Shown here piece by piece: positions 11,760-24,953 of a DNA stretch of 64,000 nt. Position 1 is the first letter of the stretch. Each line of letters opens with the position of its first letter. Source of the DNA: Octopus sinensis (lineage: Eukaryota); assembly GCF_006345805.1 (NCBI RefSeq), contig NC_043010.1:32922001-32986000 (forward strand), read 5' to 3'. Both the position numbers and the translations under genes were made by a program. Under the pieces are notes generated by a model that was not told the DNA's origin, ran no database searches, and saw only the letters and a list, made by a program, of their open reading frames with translations.

Positions 11760-12800
11760 AAAATGCTGGGAATGACTAGGTTTTATTAATTTAACACGAT
11801 TTGGTGTAGAAAGAATAGAATGTTACAAGTGGTTAGGTTTTGCTTTATATTTTTTCAATAAGGTGAGCTTCCTTATTTAAAAATGTTAGAAATGGTTACG
11901 TTTTGGCTTATATTTTTCAATGAAGAAGGTTTCCTTATTTAATCTAACTTGCGTTGGTGTTCCAATGGCACATTGATAGAATGGAAAGATTACAAATTGT
12001 GGTAGCAGTTGTTTTGCGCATATCTCAATATGCTCACTAAAGGGTATCATTCTGTATTCTGGGAATGCAATCTGCTGTCGATGCAGAGTGCATCTGCGTC
12101 TGAGCGATAATCCCGTGGACCCTATGTAGTTTTGGTGGCAGCCGAACATCTTATAATATAAATCAAGTTTTCTGAAGCACAAGTAAAGCCAGATTTGATT
12201 TTGAATTTTTGTCCCTCTTTGAAAAGGAATTCTGATCCTTCTAGAAGGTTTGGGCATGTTGCGCAATTTGGTCGAACACCATTTTTTTTACTTTTACGTC
12301 CGTTATTTTAGAAAATAATTTTGCCTTTCTGAGGATCTTTTTTAGTGACTTCGGTTGTTTGTGGATTTTAATGATCTTATGTGTGTGTAAAATTTCCTTT
12401 AATTTGGGGTCCTTATGTAGCATTTTGGGTGATGATGGTGAAGGCTTCTTTGTTTCTGGGCTTGTATATGGATATGTACGGCAGTATTTTCGGGGAAAAT
12501 TGCTGTGTTGAACTTTTCTTAAGACTTCTATGTCGATTTGTGCTGCACGTCTGAGTCCATCCTCTATGAGTTGAACTGTGTAGTGTCTGTCAATTAGGGT
12601 GTTTTTGAGTTCTTGCAGTCCAAAGTCGTTGGTATTTTTTCTGACACTATGGTGCATATCCTTCTTGCAAGGTTGAACTGTATGTTTGGGTTGACGCTGT
12701 TCAATAGTCTTTTGAATTTCAGGAGTTTGTATTTTCATTCAAGAGTATGAAACAGACGTCTTGGAATTTTTTCCAATTTTCTTTTATGTATTTTTGATGT
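11760..12800 (-). mobile_element. Penelope-like element, RT C-terminus plus GIY-YIG endonuclease (frameshifted)
   Basis: ORFs 12241-12738 and 11886-12266 with YIGSTGLSLRRRCTLHRQQI and ETFFIEKYKP; upstream YIKENWKKFQDVCFIL is a decayed WxRYxDDxFI motif. The ORF end is duplicated at ~11822-11880. Confidence 0.85.
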
Positions 12801-13726
12801 GAAGGTGGGGTTAAGACAGGGTTGTGTGATGTCTCCGTGGCTGCTTAATTTATATATGGATGGTGTGGTGAGAGAGGTAAATGCTAGAACCTTTGGTAGG
12901 AGAACCCAAATGGTGGGAGGAAATGGAGAGAAATCGCAGGTGAGTCAGTTGTTGTTTTCTGATGATACAGCACTGATGGCGTATTCGGAAGAGCAACTGA
13001 AGAGACTGGTGGTAGAGTTTGGAAGTGTATGTGAGAGGAAGAAACTGAAAGTGAATGTAGCTAAGAGTAAGGTGATGAGATGTTGGAGAGACGGAAGGGC
13101 TGGTAGGATAGATGTAAATATAAATGGTGAGATGTTAGAGGAAGTGAGAGTTTTTAAGTATCTAGGATCACATGTGACGGCGGATGGATGGGGTGGCTGA
13201 GGAGGTGGGATACAGAGTGAGGGAGAGGAGTAAGATACTTGGAGTTGTGAAAGGTATGCTGAGCGATAAAAGGTTGAGTACGAAAGCGAAAAGAAGTGTG
13301 TGAGGGCGTGATTGTGCCGACAATGTTATATGGTCCAGAGATGTGGAGGCTGAAAGAGGCGGAAAGGAGGCGACTAGATGTGTTTGAGATGAGGTGTCTG
13401 AGGGCTATGGTCGGTGTGACACGGATAGACAGGATGAGGAATGAGGAGGTGCGAAGACGAGCAGGAATGAAAGAAAAACTAACAACCAAATTGGATAGAC
13501 GAATGTTGAGGTGGTTTGGCCACATGGAGAGGATGGATGAGGAGCGGATGGTAAAGAGGGTGATGAAGGCTGAAGTGATAGGCAGGAGAACCAGAGGCAG
13601 ACCTCGGTTTGTGTGGATGGATGGAGTGAGGAAAGCTTTGGTACTTAGAGATGTTGGAGTGAGAGAAACAAGAGACTTTATATATGACAGGAAAGCTTAG
13701 AGAGTGTTTGTGGATGGATGAGTGAA
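12801..13726 (+). mobile_element. RTE-clade LINE, 5'-truncated RT fragment
   Basis: GLRQGCVMSPWLLNLYMD, LLFSDDTAL, FKYLGS, PTMLYGPEMW, LRWFGHMERM, RGRPRFVWMD; one in-frame stop and a frameshift; candidate TSD TTTTGATGT (12792-12800 / 13727-13735). Confidence 0.92.
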
Positions 13727-14034
13727 TTTTGATGTTGCTCAAAAGGATACAGAACCAGAATGATGCGGCGGGGGTAAACCAGCATATGCTGTCGGGTCCC
13801 GCAGCTGATATTGAAGGTTGCGTTCTATACCTTGACCCGAGCAAATGACGGGTTCGCCTCTTTGAGCAGGGAAATGAATGGAATGCATGGTGTGTGTCCT
13901 AAAAAATGTGGAATAGGCCTGGTTATATGATAAAAATGAAGTTGTATCCCTTAATCTGCTTCTTTTCTATGCACAATCAATCCGAGAAGATATCTTGTGT
14001 AACAGGCGTTATTTTAATGAGATACATTTTGTAA

Positions 14035-14172
14035 TTACCTGAAAAACACATCTTTACCGACAGATACTCCTAAACCCACTTTTGGGAGATCGATGCTAGA
14101 CAAGTCGAAACAACTGTAGTGATTAATAAACATTCTTGATTTTTTCCATCTTTCGTCTCTCTTGTTAATCAA
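14035..14172 (+). mobile_element. PLE terminal-repeat-like remnant with a degenerate hammerhead 3' half
   Basis: GAC-AA-GTC-GAAA-CAACTG-TA next to TA/CA repeats; the CTGANGA core is not retained. Confidence 0.35.
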
Positions 14173-14194
14173 ATATATATATATATGAATACAT

Positions 14195-14246
<52 letters not shown>

Positions 14247-14993
14247 CCACGCTAATAGCTTAGGAGTGAAATTTAGGATTTTTCGGTTTTGTGTAAATCG
14301 ATTTTGATAAAACTTTTCCCAGCTGGTTTGCACACTATGGCAACACCATTGTTATGTTTTCATTATTCTGTGTAACGTCCTTTCATTTGCAATGATACAT
14401 ATTGACCATACATTGAGTATAGATTTAACAGAAAACCATAGTAATATTACATTTATAATGAATTATTTAGTCGCATGAGCGCCATTTTGACGGATAACTT
14501 CAAAAACCCTATTAGTCATGGAATCTGTCAATTTCTTAATAGTAGTAGGTTGGACTGCCTCTACTGCAGCTTTGATAGTCACCCATAAGACACTTTCGAC
14601 GTAAATAGACTAACACATACAAATAGAATGTTAAGAAGAAATATATTTTAAGAAAAGCCAGTTTTCTATTCAACTTTTTATGACGTCATCAGATAACGAA
14701 AGAATAGAAAATAAACGTAGGAATTCTATGTTACGTCAATTAGAAACAGAAATTCGACATCACGATAATCAGTTATCTCTCTATTAAATATGCTAAAAAG
14801 AGTTTGAAAAATTATTGGATAAGAAGCAGCCAAACCTTAAACTATACCTTAATGTCTAAAACAGTAGTTCTCAACCGGGGTCCAAATGGCCCTTAGGGTC
14901 CACATAAAATTTTGCAGTTAAAATTTTTGTGAAATAAATTGGTTGTATTTCAACAATACACAATATATTTTAGTAATTGTTTTATACAACATA

Positions 14994-15380
14994 GACGCAG
15001 GCATGGCTGTGTGGTAAGATTGCTTCCCAACCACATGGTTCAACGTTCAGTCCCACTACCTATGATACCTTGGGCAAATGGCTTCTACTATATTCTCGGA
15101 CCGACCAAAACCTTGTAAGTAGATTTGGTTGACGGAAATTGAAAGAAGCCCGTCATATATGTTTATGTATGTATATATGCGTGTGTATCTTTGTGTCCCC
15201 GTTTGTTCCCTCACCCACTTGACAACCGGTGTTGGTGTGTTTACGTTCCCGTAACTTAGCAGTATGGCAAAATAGAACGCTACAATAAATACCAGGCTGA
15301 AAGAAAATGACGATTCATTCGACTAAAAATTCTTCAAGGTGGTGTCCCAGCAAGGCCGCAGTCTCACGACTGAAACAAGT
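14994..15380 (+). mobile_element. SINE family A, near full length
   Basis: A-box-like TGGCTGTGTGG, B-box-like GTTCAGTCCC, CCTTGGGCAA core, internal microsatellite, tail ending GACTGAAACAAG. Confidence 0.85.
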
Positions 15381-15559
15381 TATGGAAAAGCCGATATTAG
15401 ATTACATGAAGAGCAATAAAATATTCAAATGTGTTGGCATATATTTCTGGAAATATTAATTTGACTGGTATTTACCTTTTTTGTGTATTAAAATATGCTG
15501 GCACAATAGACACGGTCGTCGGAAATGAATGACGTAATCACCATTTAAAGATGCGATTT

Positions 15560-15715
15560 TCTCCATTCGTATTCTTAGTACTTTATGTTTTCAACCTCCG
15601 AAAGATGAAAAGTGAAGTTGGCTTCGGCAGAATTTGAATTCAGGACATTAAACTGGAAGAAATACCACAATGCATTTTCTCTCATGCTCTAACGATTCTG
15701 CCAATCCATCGCTCT
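15560..15715 (-). mobile_element. SINE family B (degraded)
   Basis: Reverse complement of GGCAGAATCGTTAG…CTGAATTCAAATTCTGCCGAAG…TTTCATCTTTCGG. Confidence 0.65.
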
Positions 15716-16399
15716 TATTATATATTGTGAAAGAATGGATATTGTTGGAATTGTGAAATAAACACAAAACAAGGAATGACCAATTGACTACACTCTGAGA
15801 TGTACCTGTACGCAGATAGAGAAATTAAGGAAAATAGAACTGATACAATTGTCAAAGATCAACAGGAGCAGAAACCCCTGCTGATGGTGTATTTCAAGAC
15901 AAGCATTCACAAATCTGTCTCTAAAATGAGAAACTATACAAAAATAGAAATCTCCCATAAAAATAGATACCCTAGGATATGATATTTAATATAACAGTAA
16001 ACAAACACAGAAGCATAACAAAGCATTCCACACATACGTGTTTTACGGAACTGTACTCCGTTACGTAGTGAAAGCACGCTATAAAATATATGACCACTGC
16101 AATGATTAATAATAATTGTTTCTAACAGGAGAAGAGACAGAGATATAATGCAACAGAAGTTTTACAATAAGTTTACAATATCTAACAACTGGAAAATATT
16201 CACTCAATTGTTCGTGAAATATGCATGAAATATACAAGATGTATAAAACATGAACATACAAATATGTTATTATCTTCATAGTAGGAAGGATTATCTTTCA
16301 TATTACATGATACAAAATTTATTATACAAAATTTTAAAATCTTTATGCAGAATTGGCATTAATACTTCTGTATGTTAATATTTACACATCTGAGTGAAT

Positions 16400-16442
<43 letters not shown>

Positions 16443-16857
16443 CACACACATACACACACACACACACACACAAACATACACACATGGTCAAGCATAGACG
16501 ATACAGACATACATTCTTAGTCTTTATATCAAATTTGTGAAAATGGATGGAAAACATAGATATAAAGAACAATGAAATGTTGCTGCTGCTACTGCTGTTG
16601 TTGTTGTTGTTGTTATTGTTGTTGGTGGTGGTATTGGTGGGGTGGCAGTGATGATGGCGGTGATAGTGGTGATGCTACAGTGATAGTTATGGCGCTTTGT
16701 AGTGCTCCCAAAATGATATGGCTGTGGTGATATTTGTTCACATAGAGAAAAGGAAATGGACTACATACACTTCAACACACACATACACACACGCGCGCAC
16801 ACATACATACACACACATATAGTTATGTTTATTCACCTACAAAAACATAAATATGTA

Positions 16858-16907
<50 letters not shown>

Positions 16908-16929
16908 CTTGCAAGCATGTATTTGAGTG

Positions 16930-17165
16930 TTTGATTTGCGTAATTAATTGATATTGTTGAAAGTACTTCTCTCTTCCCTCTCCATCACTCTCTTCTTCAC
17001 GCCCTTACTATCTCGCTTTTCCTCTCGCTCTCTCTCTTTCTCCCTTTTTCTCCCATGCTCTCACTCTATCTCTCACTCTTTTATTGTCTATTTGTTTTTT
17101 CTTCTCTCTCAGTCAGATTTCTCTTCGTCTTTTTTCAGTTTTCCGTTCCTTTCTAGCTCCTACCG
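16930..17165. repeat. CT-rich polypyrimidine tract
   Basis: Low-complexity CT/T run preceded by (TG)n at 16860-16905. Confidence 0.8.
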
Positions 17166-17305
17166 TCTATATGCGTTTGTTTCCGTTCGTAGTATAAACC
17201 CCAGCAGCTATGATCATCCGACAATCTATTTACTTATTTCTATATGTTCATGTTTGCCTCCATGTATTTATGTATGCATGTACGTTTGTACACATGTATA
17301 ATGCG

Positions 17306-17336
<31 letters not shown>

Positions 17337-17559
17337 CAAATAAGAAAATGGAGGAACAAATTCATTTCGATCATCAACTTACAGATATTACCATTTCATA
17401 TTATTTATTAATTATATAAATAGGAACATGAAAATCGAACAAGACAATATACATCAATATGCAAATTAATAATACCATAAGAATAATACAAATAAACTTC
17501 TCCTTACAGCTGTTTCAGCCCATAGATAAAAGCATCTCATTCTGCCTATATTAGTCAAA

Positions 17560-18466
17560 TGTTGTTAGTTTTTGCTCCTGGCACTGCTTCGTATCCTTTG
17601 ATTGCATCCTCTACACAAGGTATCTGAGCTTCATCAGACACGGTGGTGGTGACGTCATCCGCATATGCAGAAACAGACTACCAATCCCAATTCATTGGGA
17701 ATTCACCCACCCCAAATTCACCCACCCCAAATTCTCCAGCCTCCGCAGCAATGGCTCAAGAGCCAGTACATACAGAAGCGAAGACAGGGGGCACTCCTGA
17801 CGAACCGAGCTCTCGATTCTAAACATCACCGACAGGTAACCGTTTATCTAGACTGTAGATTTGATACCGCCATAAATGGCAGTGATCCAACCACGGAAGT
17901 CTGGGCTTAGCCCAGCTGCCTCGACGACTGCTGCCAGGTACTAGTGGTCTACCCTATCAAAAGTTTTACTCTGGTCTAAATGGACCAGTGTCCCACCTTT
18001 ACCGGATAACTTACCCATCCTCTCTAAGGTATAGTGCAGGAAATGGAGATTGTCCTGGACTGACCTGCCTGGGATGGCACTTGTCTGTGCCCTTCCCAAC
18101 AAGTTTCTCCGCGACACGTTGCCAACCTTTTAGCTAGCACCTTGGCCAAAATCTTTAACCCTACAATAAATAGAGTTATGGACCTAAAATTACTAATATG
18201 GTCCCCCATGCTCGGGTTTTTTCTGACCAGTGTCACCACTCCCCGATTTATAGAGCTAGGAATCCTCGCATTCTGCTGCCAGTTTGTGTAGACGCAGGCC
18301 AGCAAGTGCCCGAACAAGTCCGGCACGTTACAATAAAATTCATAGGGCAGACCATCCAGCCCCGGCGATTTGTCCCCGGTGCACTCAACCAGCACCTCTT
18401 CAAGCTCCATAGCCGTAATCGACCCTTCACAGCTTTCTGCCTTCCTTGCCGAGAGTCGAGGCCCAC
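17560..18466 (-). mobile_element. Tx1/L1-like LINE reverse transcriptase core (pseudogenised)
   Basis: PRLSARKAESCEGSIT, KSPGLDGLPYEFY, NFRSITL…KILAKVLAKRL, LDQSKTFDRVDH, VRQECPLS, YADD at 17654-17665. Confidence 0.9.
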
Positions 18467-18469
18467 CGG

Positions 18470-18743
18470 CAAGGGGCTGAGTGTAAGTGTTGGCGTAGAG
18501 GGACGTAGACCGCACTGCTTTAAGTGCGGCGAAAAAGGTCACGTCCACTCGGAATGTAAAGAAAAGAAACGCGAAGCCCCTCCCCGAAAAGAACCACCAA
18601 ACGAAGGGGAGAAAGAAAGGCAAACGGCAAAGCCAACAAAAGTTGTGGAAGAAACCAAACAAACAAGACAAGGAGAAACCCAAGAAATAATACAAACAAC
18701 AGAAGGCGAATATATGAAATTTACCACATCATCTCCTTGTTAA
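18470..18743 (+). mobile_element. LINE ORF1 fragment with a CCHC zinc knuckle
   Basis: VEGRRPHCFKCGEKGHVHSEC (CX2CX4HX4C, 18516-18557) followed by a K/E/Q-rich tail. Confidence 0.75.
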
Positions 18744-18859
18744 AGGGTGCAAAATTTCAATTGTATCTAATATAAACCATCATATTTTAAAAATCTCATT
18801 AAACTAACTCATGAACACTATTTATTTGTAATGTCCTGTGTTGTTCCCTCTATGTTTTG

Positions 18860-19100
18860 ATATTTTATTATCATAATAAGGAAGAAACCTCTAGCTGACC
18901 AATTATTCCGTGCTGATGAAGAGAAATAACCCGGAAATAGCGATACACAGATATTGCTTTGAGCTGCGTGGGGGTGTTAAAAGCCCTTGTTCGAAAATAT
19001 AAAGACACAGAAAGTGCCGTGTAGCCAGCTGGAGACGATGTCTCCTGGGGCAAAATTACAGCAACATTCGTCCTAAATCAGGACTGCCATGTTATGCTGG
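18860..19100 (+). mobile_element. PLE 5' end: degenerate hammerhead followed by decayed ORF start
   Basis: GTG-CTGATGA-A-GAG…GAAA-TAGCGA-TA-CAC at 18908-18950; downstream LVRKYKDTES…TFVLNQDCH resembles the PLE N-terminal helix. Confidence 0.45.
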
Positions 19101-19869
19101 CAAACAATCTTTACTCTAAATAAAAAAAATTTTTAGCCTCCCAGACGAAGTAGCGTTGGTTCGAGTGTTGGTCCCGGTCTTTCCCATACCGAAGCTGACC
19201 GAGACTCATACATACCCATATATCAAAATTGTGCCCCTTCCATTATATATCCTCTCTCTGTGAAACTACAAATACTTTCATATATATTATCCATGTGTTA
19301 CTTCATTGCTAGTTAATTATTGCTGTTCCTATCGTTATTGTTACATTGTTATTGTTCAACTCCCAGTTTAACCCTAACTTAGCAATCGTATGATTACTGT
19401 GGCAATCCCGCTCTTAATACCAGACATAATTAATTTTTAGAGAACTTTGACATGTCCTTCCATTCTATTGAAGGCGCTGTTATATGAGAGACATTTGGTC
19501 GCCACTTCTAGCGAGTCGAACGACTGTTAGAAACGACTGCTCTCTTTAGTTAGTGTCACGTGATTATAAATATTTCAAAGCAGCAGCAGACAATAATGTA
19601 ATGGTAATTGTGACGACACTTATGTACAGAAGGGAACAGTTGACCTTGCATTTAAGTATATACAAAGAAACAATGAACAAGTCACTTGATCTTATTTCAA
19701 ATATCGAGCGCAGTAAATATGTATTGTTCAGTTTACATTTAGGACAAGGTTTGGCAAAAATATAAAGATCCACTTTTATGATATTTAATCTGAAAATAAA
19801 ATCTAAAAAGTACCTCACCAGGATGGGCTCATCTCCATAGTCCCAGTTCATGGCAACATAAATAGTATT

Positions 19870-20000
19870 AACGTTTGCGCGTCGGATAAAAAATACTGAA
19901 CGACATTTCTTTCACCTCTTTACGTTCTGAGTTCAAATCCCGCCGAGGTCGACTTTGGCTTTCGTCCTTTTAGGGTCGAGAAAATAAGTACCAACTGTAC
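19870..20000 (+). mobile_element. SINE family B
   Basis: CGTTCTGAGTTCAAATCCCGCCGAGGTCGACTTTG…GGGTCGAGAAAATAAGTACC. Confidence 0.75.
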
Positions 20001-20717
20001 CAAAGACTGAAGCCATTAACAGACTGAAGCGGTTATCAGCTGACTACACGCCATTTCTTCCACAAAGCCGGGAACTTTTACTCATAAGCGAGGAATGGGT
20101 TTTTGAGGTTTTTACGTACATTCAAAGATTGCAGCAATGATAGATAACTTGGAATGGATCTCAAAATAATTTATGTGGAAAGAATGAAGTGATTACAATG
20201 TTTCTAATTGGTAAATTTTTATAAAATTAGTAAATCACCATATGTTTATATATCAAATCACTATGTTTAATAAATATAAACTTCACAAAGGATAATTAAC
20301 GAAGAAATGTGGATTACTAAATCGTGTACGTATACTTCTCATAATTGTTAGGTACTCAAAATATTCTATTTTGACGGTAGTACAGATGATGTATCACACT
20401 CGTTCAAGATTGAGGATTATCTGCTCCTGAATCAGCATGTACGTGGTTGAGTACCAGTGTGACACAGCGCATGAAAAGGCTATACTGTTACAAATACAAT
20501 CCACAAAACGGGCTTCTATATAGTTTCTGTCGACAAGGTATGGTTCACGTACAGGAATCGAAATCGAGATCACGTTAATCATTCGCCCAAACTGCGCTTA
20601 CAGCTACATTATATACACTAAATAATTAGACATAGCATATACACCTGTTATTTGTACTTACCCCAGCATGGCCGTAGTCTAATGATTGAAGCAAGTAAAT
20701 GATAAAAGATAAAGGAG

Positions 20718-20781
<64 letters not shown>

Positions 20782-20905
20782 TATATAACTCCGTCAATTA
20801 CGACGACGAGGGTTTTGGTAAATCCGATCAACGGATCAACGTCAACAATATATATATATATACATACATATATATATATATATATATTATATTTATATTT
20901 ATATT

Positions 20906-20953
<48 letters not shown>

Positions 20954-20954
20954 G

Positions 20955-21182
20955 ACATACGAAATTAACGTGCAAGTGGTTGAGCACTCCACAGACACGT
21001 GTACCCTTAACGTAGCTCTCAGGGAGGTTCAGTTTGACATAGAATGTGACAAGGTACTACTCATTTTTGCCAGCTGAGTGGATCGGAACAAAGTGAAATA
21101 ACGTGTCTTCCTCAAGGACACAACGCACCGCCGAGAATTGAACTCATGACCTCACGATCGTAAGCCAAATACCCTAACCGCT
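20955..21182 (-). mobile_element. SINE family C
   Basis: Reverse complement has GGTTAGGGTATT (A box), GAGTTCAATTC (B box), GTGTCCTTGAGGAAGACAC and CCACTCAGCTGGCAAAAATGAGTA. Confidence 0.75.
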
Positions 21183-21259
21183 GTATGTGAAGCCACGCGC
21201 CTTCACACACACACACATACACATAAACACATACACTCAAACACACACACACACACATA

Positions 21260-21776
21260 GGTGCTACTTTGACATGTGATCTACAATTTAAAGGGAGATT
21301 ACTTTAGGTTACTTTTTAGTTTACTTTTCAATTTCTAAAGATGCTGGCTAAAGAATTTAATAATGTAATCAGCGACAAGATGAAGGCAGTTGCATTCTTA
21401 CGAAAAAATTACCTTTTAGATGATGAAGAAAATTTTGTACCATGTCATCGGTGTGATAGAGAAATGAATGATGCTCGAAGAGAAAGGAAAAAACGGCGAA
21501 ATTTTGCCAACTTTACGTTGCAAAACGCGCGTTTGCCAAACTTGTGTGTGATCTATGCGCTTATTTTGATTATTATATTGTTTATTTTTGGTTTCTTCTT
21601 ATTATTTACTAAGATATAAATGAAACATGGTTCTATTATTATTAAAATAGTAAGAATTTTGAAAAGATACATTTACAATGCTAAGTATGTACAAAATTGA
21701 GAAATTGAAAAGTAAGCTAAGAAATAACTTAAAGTAATCTCCCTTTAAATTGTAGATCACACGCCAAAGTAGCACC
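21260..21776 (+). mobile_element. Merlin-like DNA transposon, internally deleted
   Basis: ~75-bp TIRs GGTGCTACTTTG…AAAGGGAGATTACTTTA / TAAAGTAATCTCCCTTT…CAAAGTAGCACC; residual ORF AVAFLRKNYLLDDEENFVPCHRCDREM; flanks share CACATA. Confidence 0.7.
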
Positions 21777-22060
21777 CACATAAATATATATAAAAGGAGG
21801 TTGAAAAAATTTGAAAAAGGTTTCCGTATTATTTGTTCACCATTACACATGTTCCATTTACTAAGAGGAGTTACAAAACTGTACATGTAGAAGAAACATG
21901 TAACACATCTCCTATTAGAAATCCTTCAGACTGAGAAGCAATTAATACATTATTGCATTATTTGATTCTCTGTCTGAAGAATTTATGAGCGCTTCCAGAT
22001 CCATTTCCCCCAAAAGATATACTTCATGCTCTCTCGAAGCTTTATATATTCATATGACGT

Positions 22061-22149
<89 letters not shown>

Positions 22150-22155
22150 ATATAA

Positions 22156-22323
22156 GGCGCAGGAGTAGCTTTGTGGTAAGTAGCTTGCTTACGAACCACA
22201 TGGTTCCGGTTCAGTCCCACTGCGTGGCACCTTGGGCAAATGTCTTCTACTGTAGCCTCGGGCCGACCAAAGCCTTGTCAGTGGATTTGGTAGACGGAAA
22301 CTGAAAGAAGCCCGTCGTATATA

Positions 22324-22362
<39 letters not shown>

Positions 22363-22575
22363 GTGTGTGTGTGTATACGCTTGTATATCTATGTTTCTCC
22401 CCCTCAAAATCGCTTGACAACCGATGGTGGTCCCCGTAACTTAGCGGTTCGACAAAAGAAACCGATAGAATAAGTACTAGGCATACAAAGAGTAAGTTCT
22501 GGGGGCGATTTGCTCGACTAAAAGGCGGTGCTCCAGCATGGCCGCAGTCAAATTACTGAAACAAGTAAACGAGTG
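22156..22575 (+). mobile_element. SINE family A, full length
   Basis: GGCGCAGGAGTAGCTTTGTGG head, GGTTCAGTCCC B box, internal (TG)n, standard tail. Confidence 0.9.
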
Positions 22576-22899
22576 AAAAATATATATATATATATATATT
22601 CACATACACACACATACACACATACACACATACACACACACACATACGAAAGAAGCCTCCCTATATGTACCCTTGTGTGCATATATACATAGGATAGAAA
22701 TGTATTTATGCATATTTATGCATGACCGCATTCCGATAACATAAACAAGCAGAACAACGCATGCGCGCGTACGTGTGTGTGTGTGTGTGTGTGTGTGCGT
22801 GCTCGCGTGTCTCTGTTTCTATGTTTGTGCGTTTGTGTGTGTGTGTGAACAAGTCACTGGCTTACAGGAACACGTAAGTTCATTATCAAGATCGGTCGA

Positions 22900-23530
<631 letters not shown>

Positions 23531-23629
23531 GCTACTCTGTATTACACTAATATGTATACGTGTGCGCGTGAGTGTGTGCGTGTGTTTGTGTTTGTGTTTG
23601 TGTATGTGCTTGCGTGGGCATGTATTATA

Positions 23630-24857
23630 TCAGGTTGAGTAAATAGTAAGCAACGTTTTGAACCATGAAGAATTTGTAAAGGATTTTTGCAGAGTTTTGA
23701 ATTTTTTAAAAAACATTTTTTGAAATTACCTGATAATACAAACAGACTTGCACAAATGCATCAATAAATTAACATCGATATTGTTTTCACCATTGTTACA
23801 ATCATCTGAAATGGAACTGTCAAAGCGCGATATTCGAACAATTTTGCTATTCAACTTCAAAAAAGGACGTAAAGCATCTGAAACTGATCGCGATATCAAC
23901 GAAACATTTGGTGAGGAAATGACCAGTGAGTGGTCAGCTCGAAAATGGTTTAAACGATTTTGCAGTGGAGACCTGAGCCCTGGAGATCGTGAGTGTAGTG
24001 GACGCCCATCTGTCACCGATGACGGTCAATTAAAGACCGTCATTGAGAAAGATCCGCGTAAAACCACTCAAGAACGGGTAAAAGAACTTCAAGTAGCCAG
24101 AAAACTGCCAGCAACCATTTGCATGCGATTGGAAAATCAAAAACGCTCGAAAAATGGTTACCACACGACTTGAATGAAAATCAGAAAATGCACAGATATG
24201 AAATTTGCTCGTTGCTTCTTTGTAACCAGACCAATCCATTGCTCGATCGTATTGTGACTTGCGACGAAAAGTGAATTCTGTACAATAAAAAAATAGTTCT
24301 TCGCAATGGTTGGACCAAAATGAAGCACTGAAAACCTTCCCTAAACCCGAGCTCTTCAAAAAGAAAGTTATGGTAACAATTTGGTGGTGTACTGTTGGAC
24401 TCATCCACTATAATTCTTAAAACCCGGAAAAACCATTACTGCAGAAATATATTGCCATGAAATTGCCAAAATGAACGAAAAACTGCTCCTCCTCCGTCCC
24501 AGACTGGTCAATAGAATAGGGCCAATCATTCTTCGTGACAATTCTCGGCCACACGTTTCACTAACGACGCTCCAGAAATTGAGGGAACTTGGTTACGAAG
24601 TTCTTCGCCCAGCTTATTCTCCAGACCTTTCTCCTACCGACTACCACTTTTTCAAGCACCTTGATGGTTTCCTGCGAAAGGAGTTTAAAATTCAAAACCG
24701 ATGCTGAAAGTGCATTCAAAGAGTCCATCCGCTCCAGAAATCCAGATTTTTATGCTACTGGAATAAGCAAACTTGTAACTTGGTGGCCAAAGTGTTTTTA
24801 TTGTAATAGTACTTACTTTGATGAATAACATTTCTTGCTTACTTTTACTCAGCCTAA
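23630..24857 (+). mobile_element. Full-length mariner transposon (Hsmar1-like, DD34D), inactivated
   Basis: TIRs TCAGGTTGAGTAAATAGTAAGCAA / TTGCTTACTTTTACTCAGCCTAA; HTH region (WFKRFCSGD…GRPS), IVTCDEK*, DNSRPH, PAYSPDLSPTDYHFF; several frameshifts and stops. Confidence 0.93.
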
Positions 24858-24896
24858 TGTATATATATATATACTATATATATATATATATATTAT

Positions 24897-24949
<53 letters not shown>

Positions 24950-24953
24950 GGAA

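Noticed and set aside
14088-14123. Hammerhead-like 3' half
   Set aside because: The CTGANGA core is destroyed; recorded only as a remnant.
22156-22230. SINE heads as tRNA genes
   Set aside because: A/B-box similarity only, no cloverleaf, and always followed by SINE core and tail.
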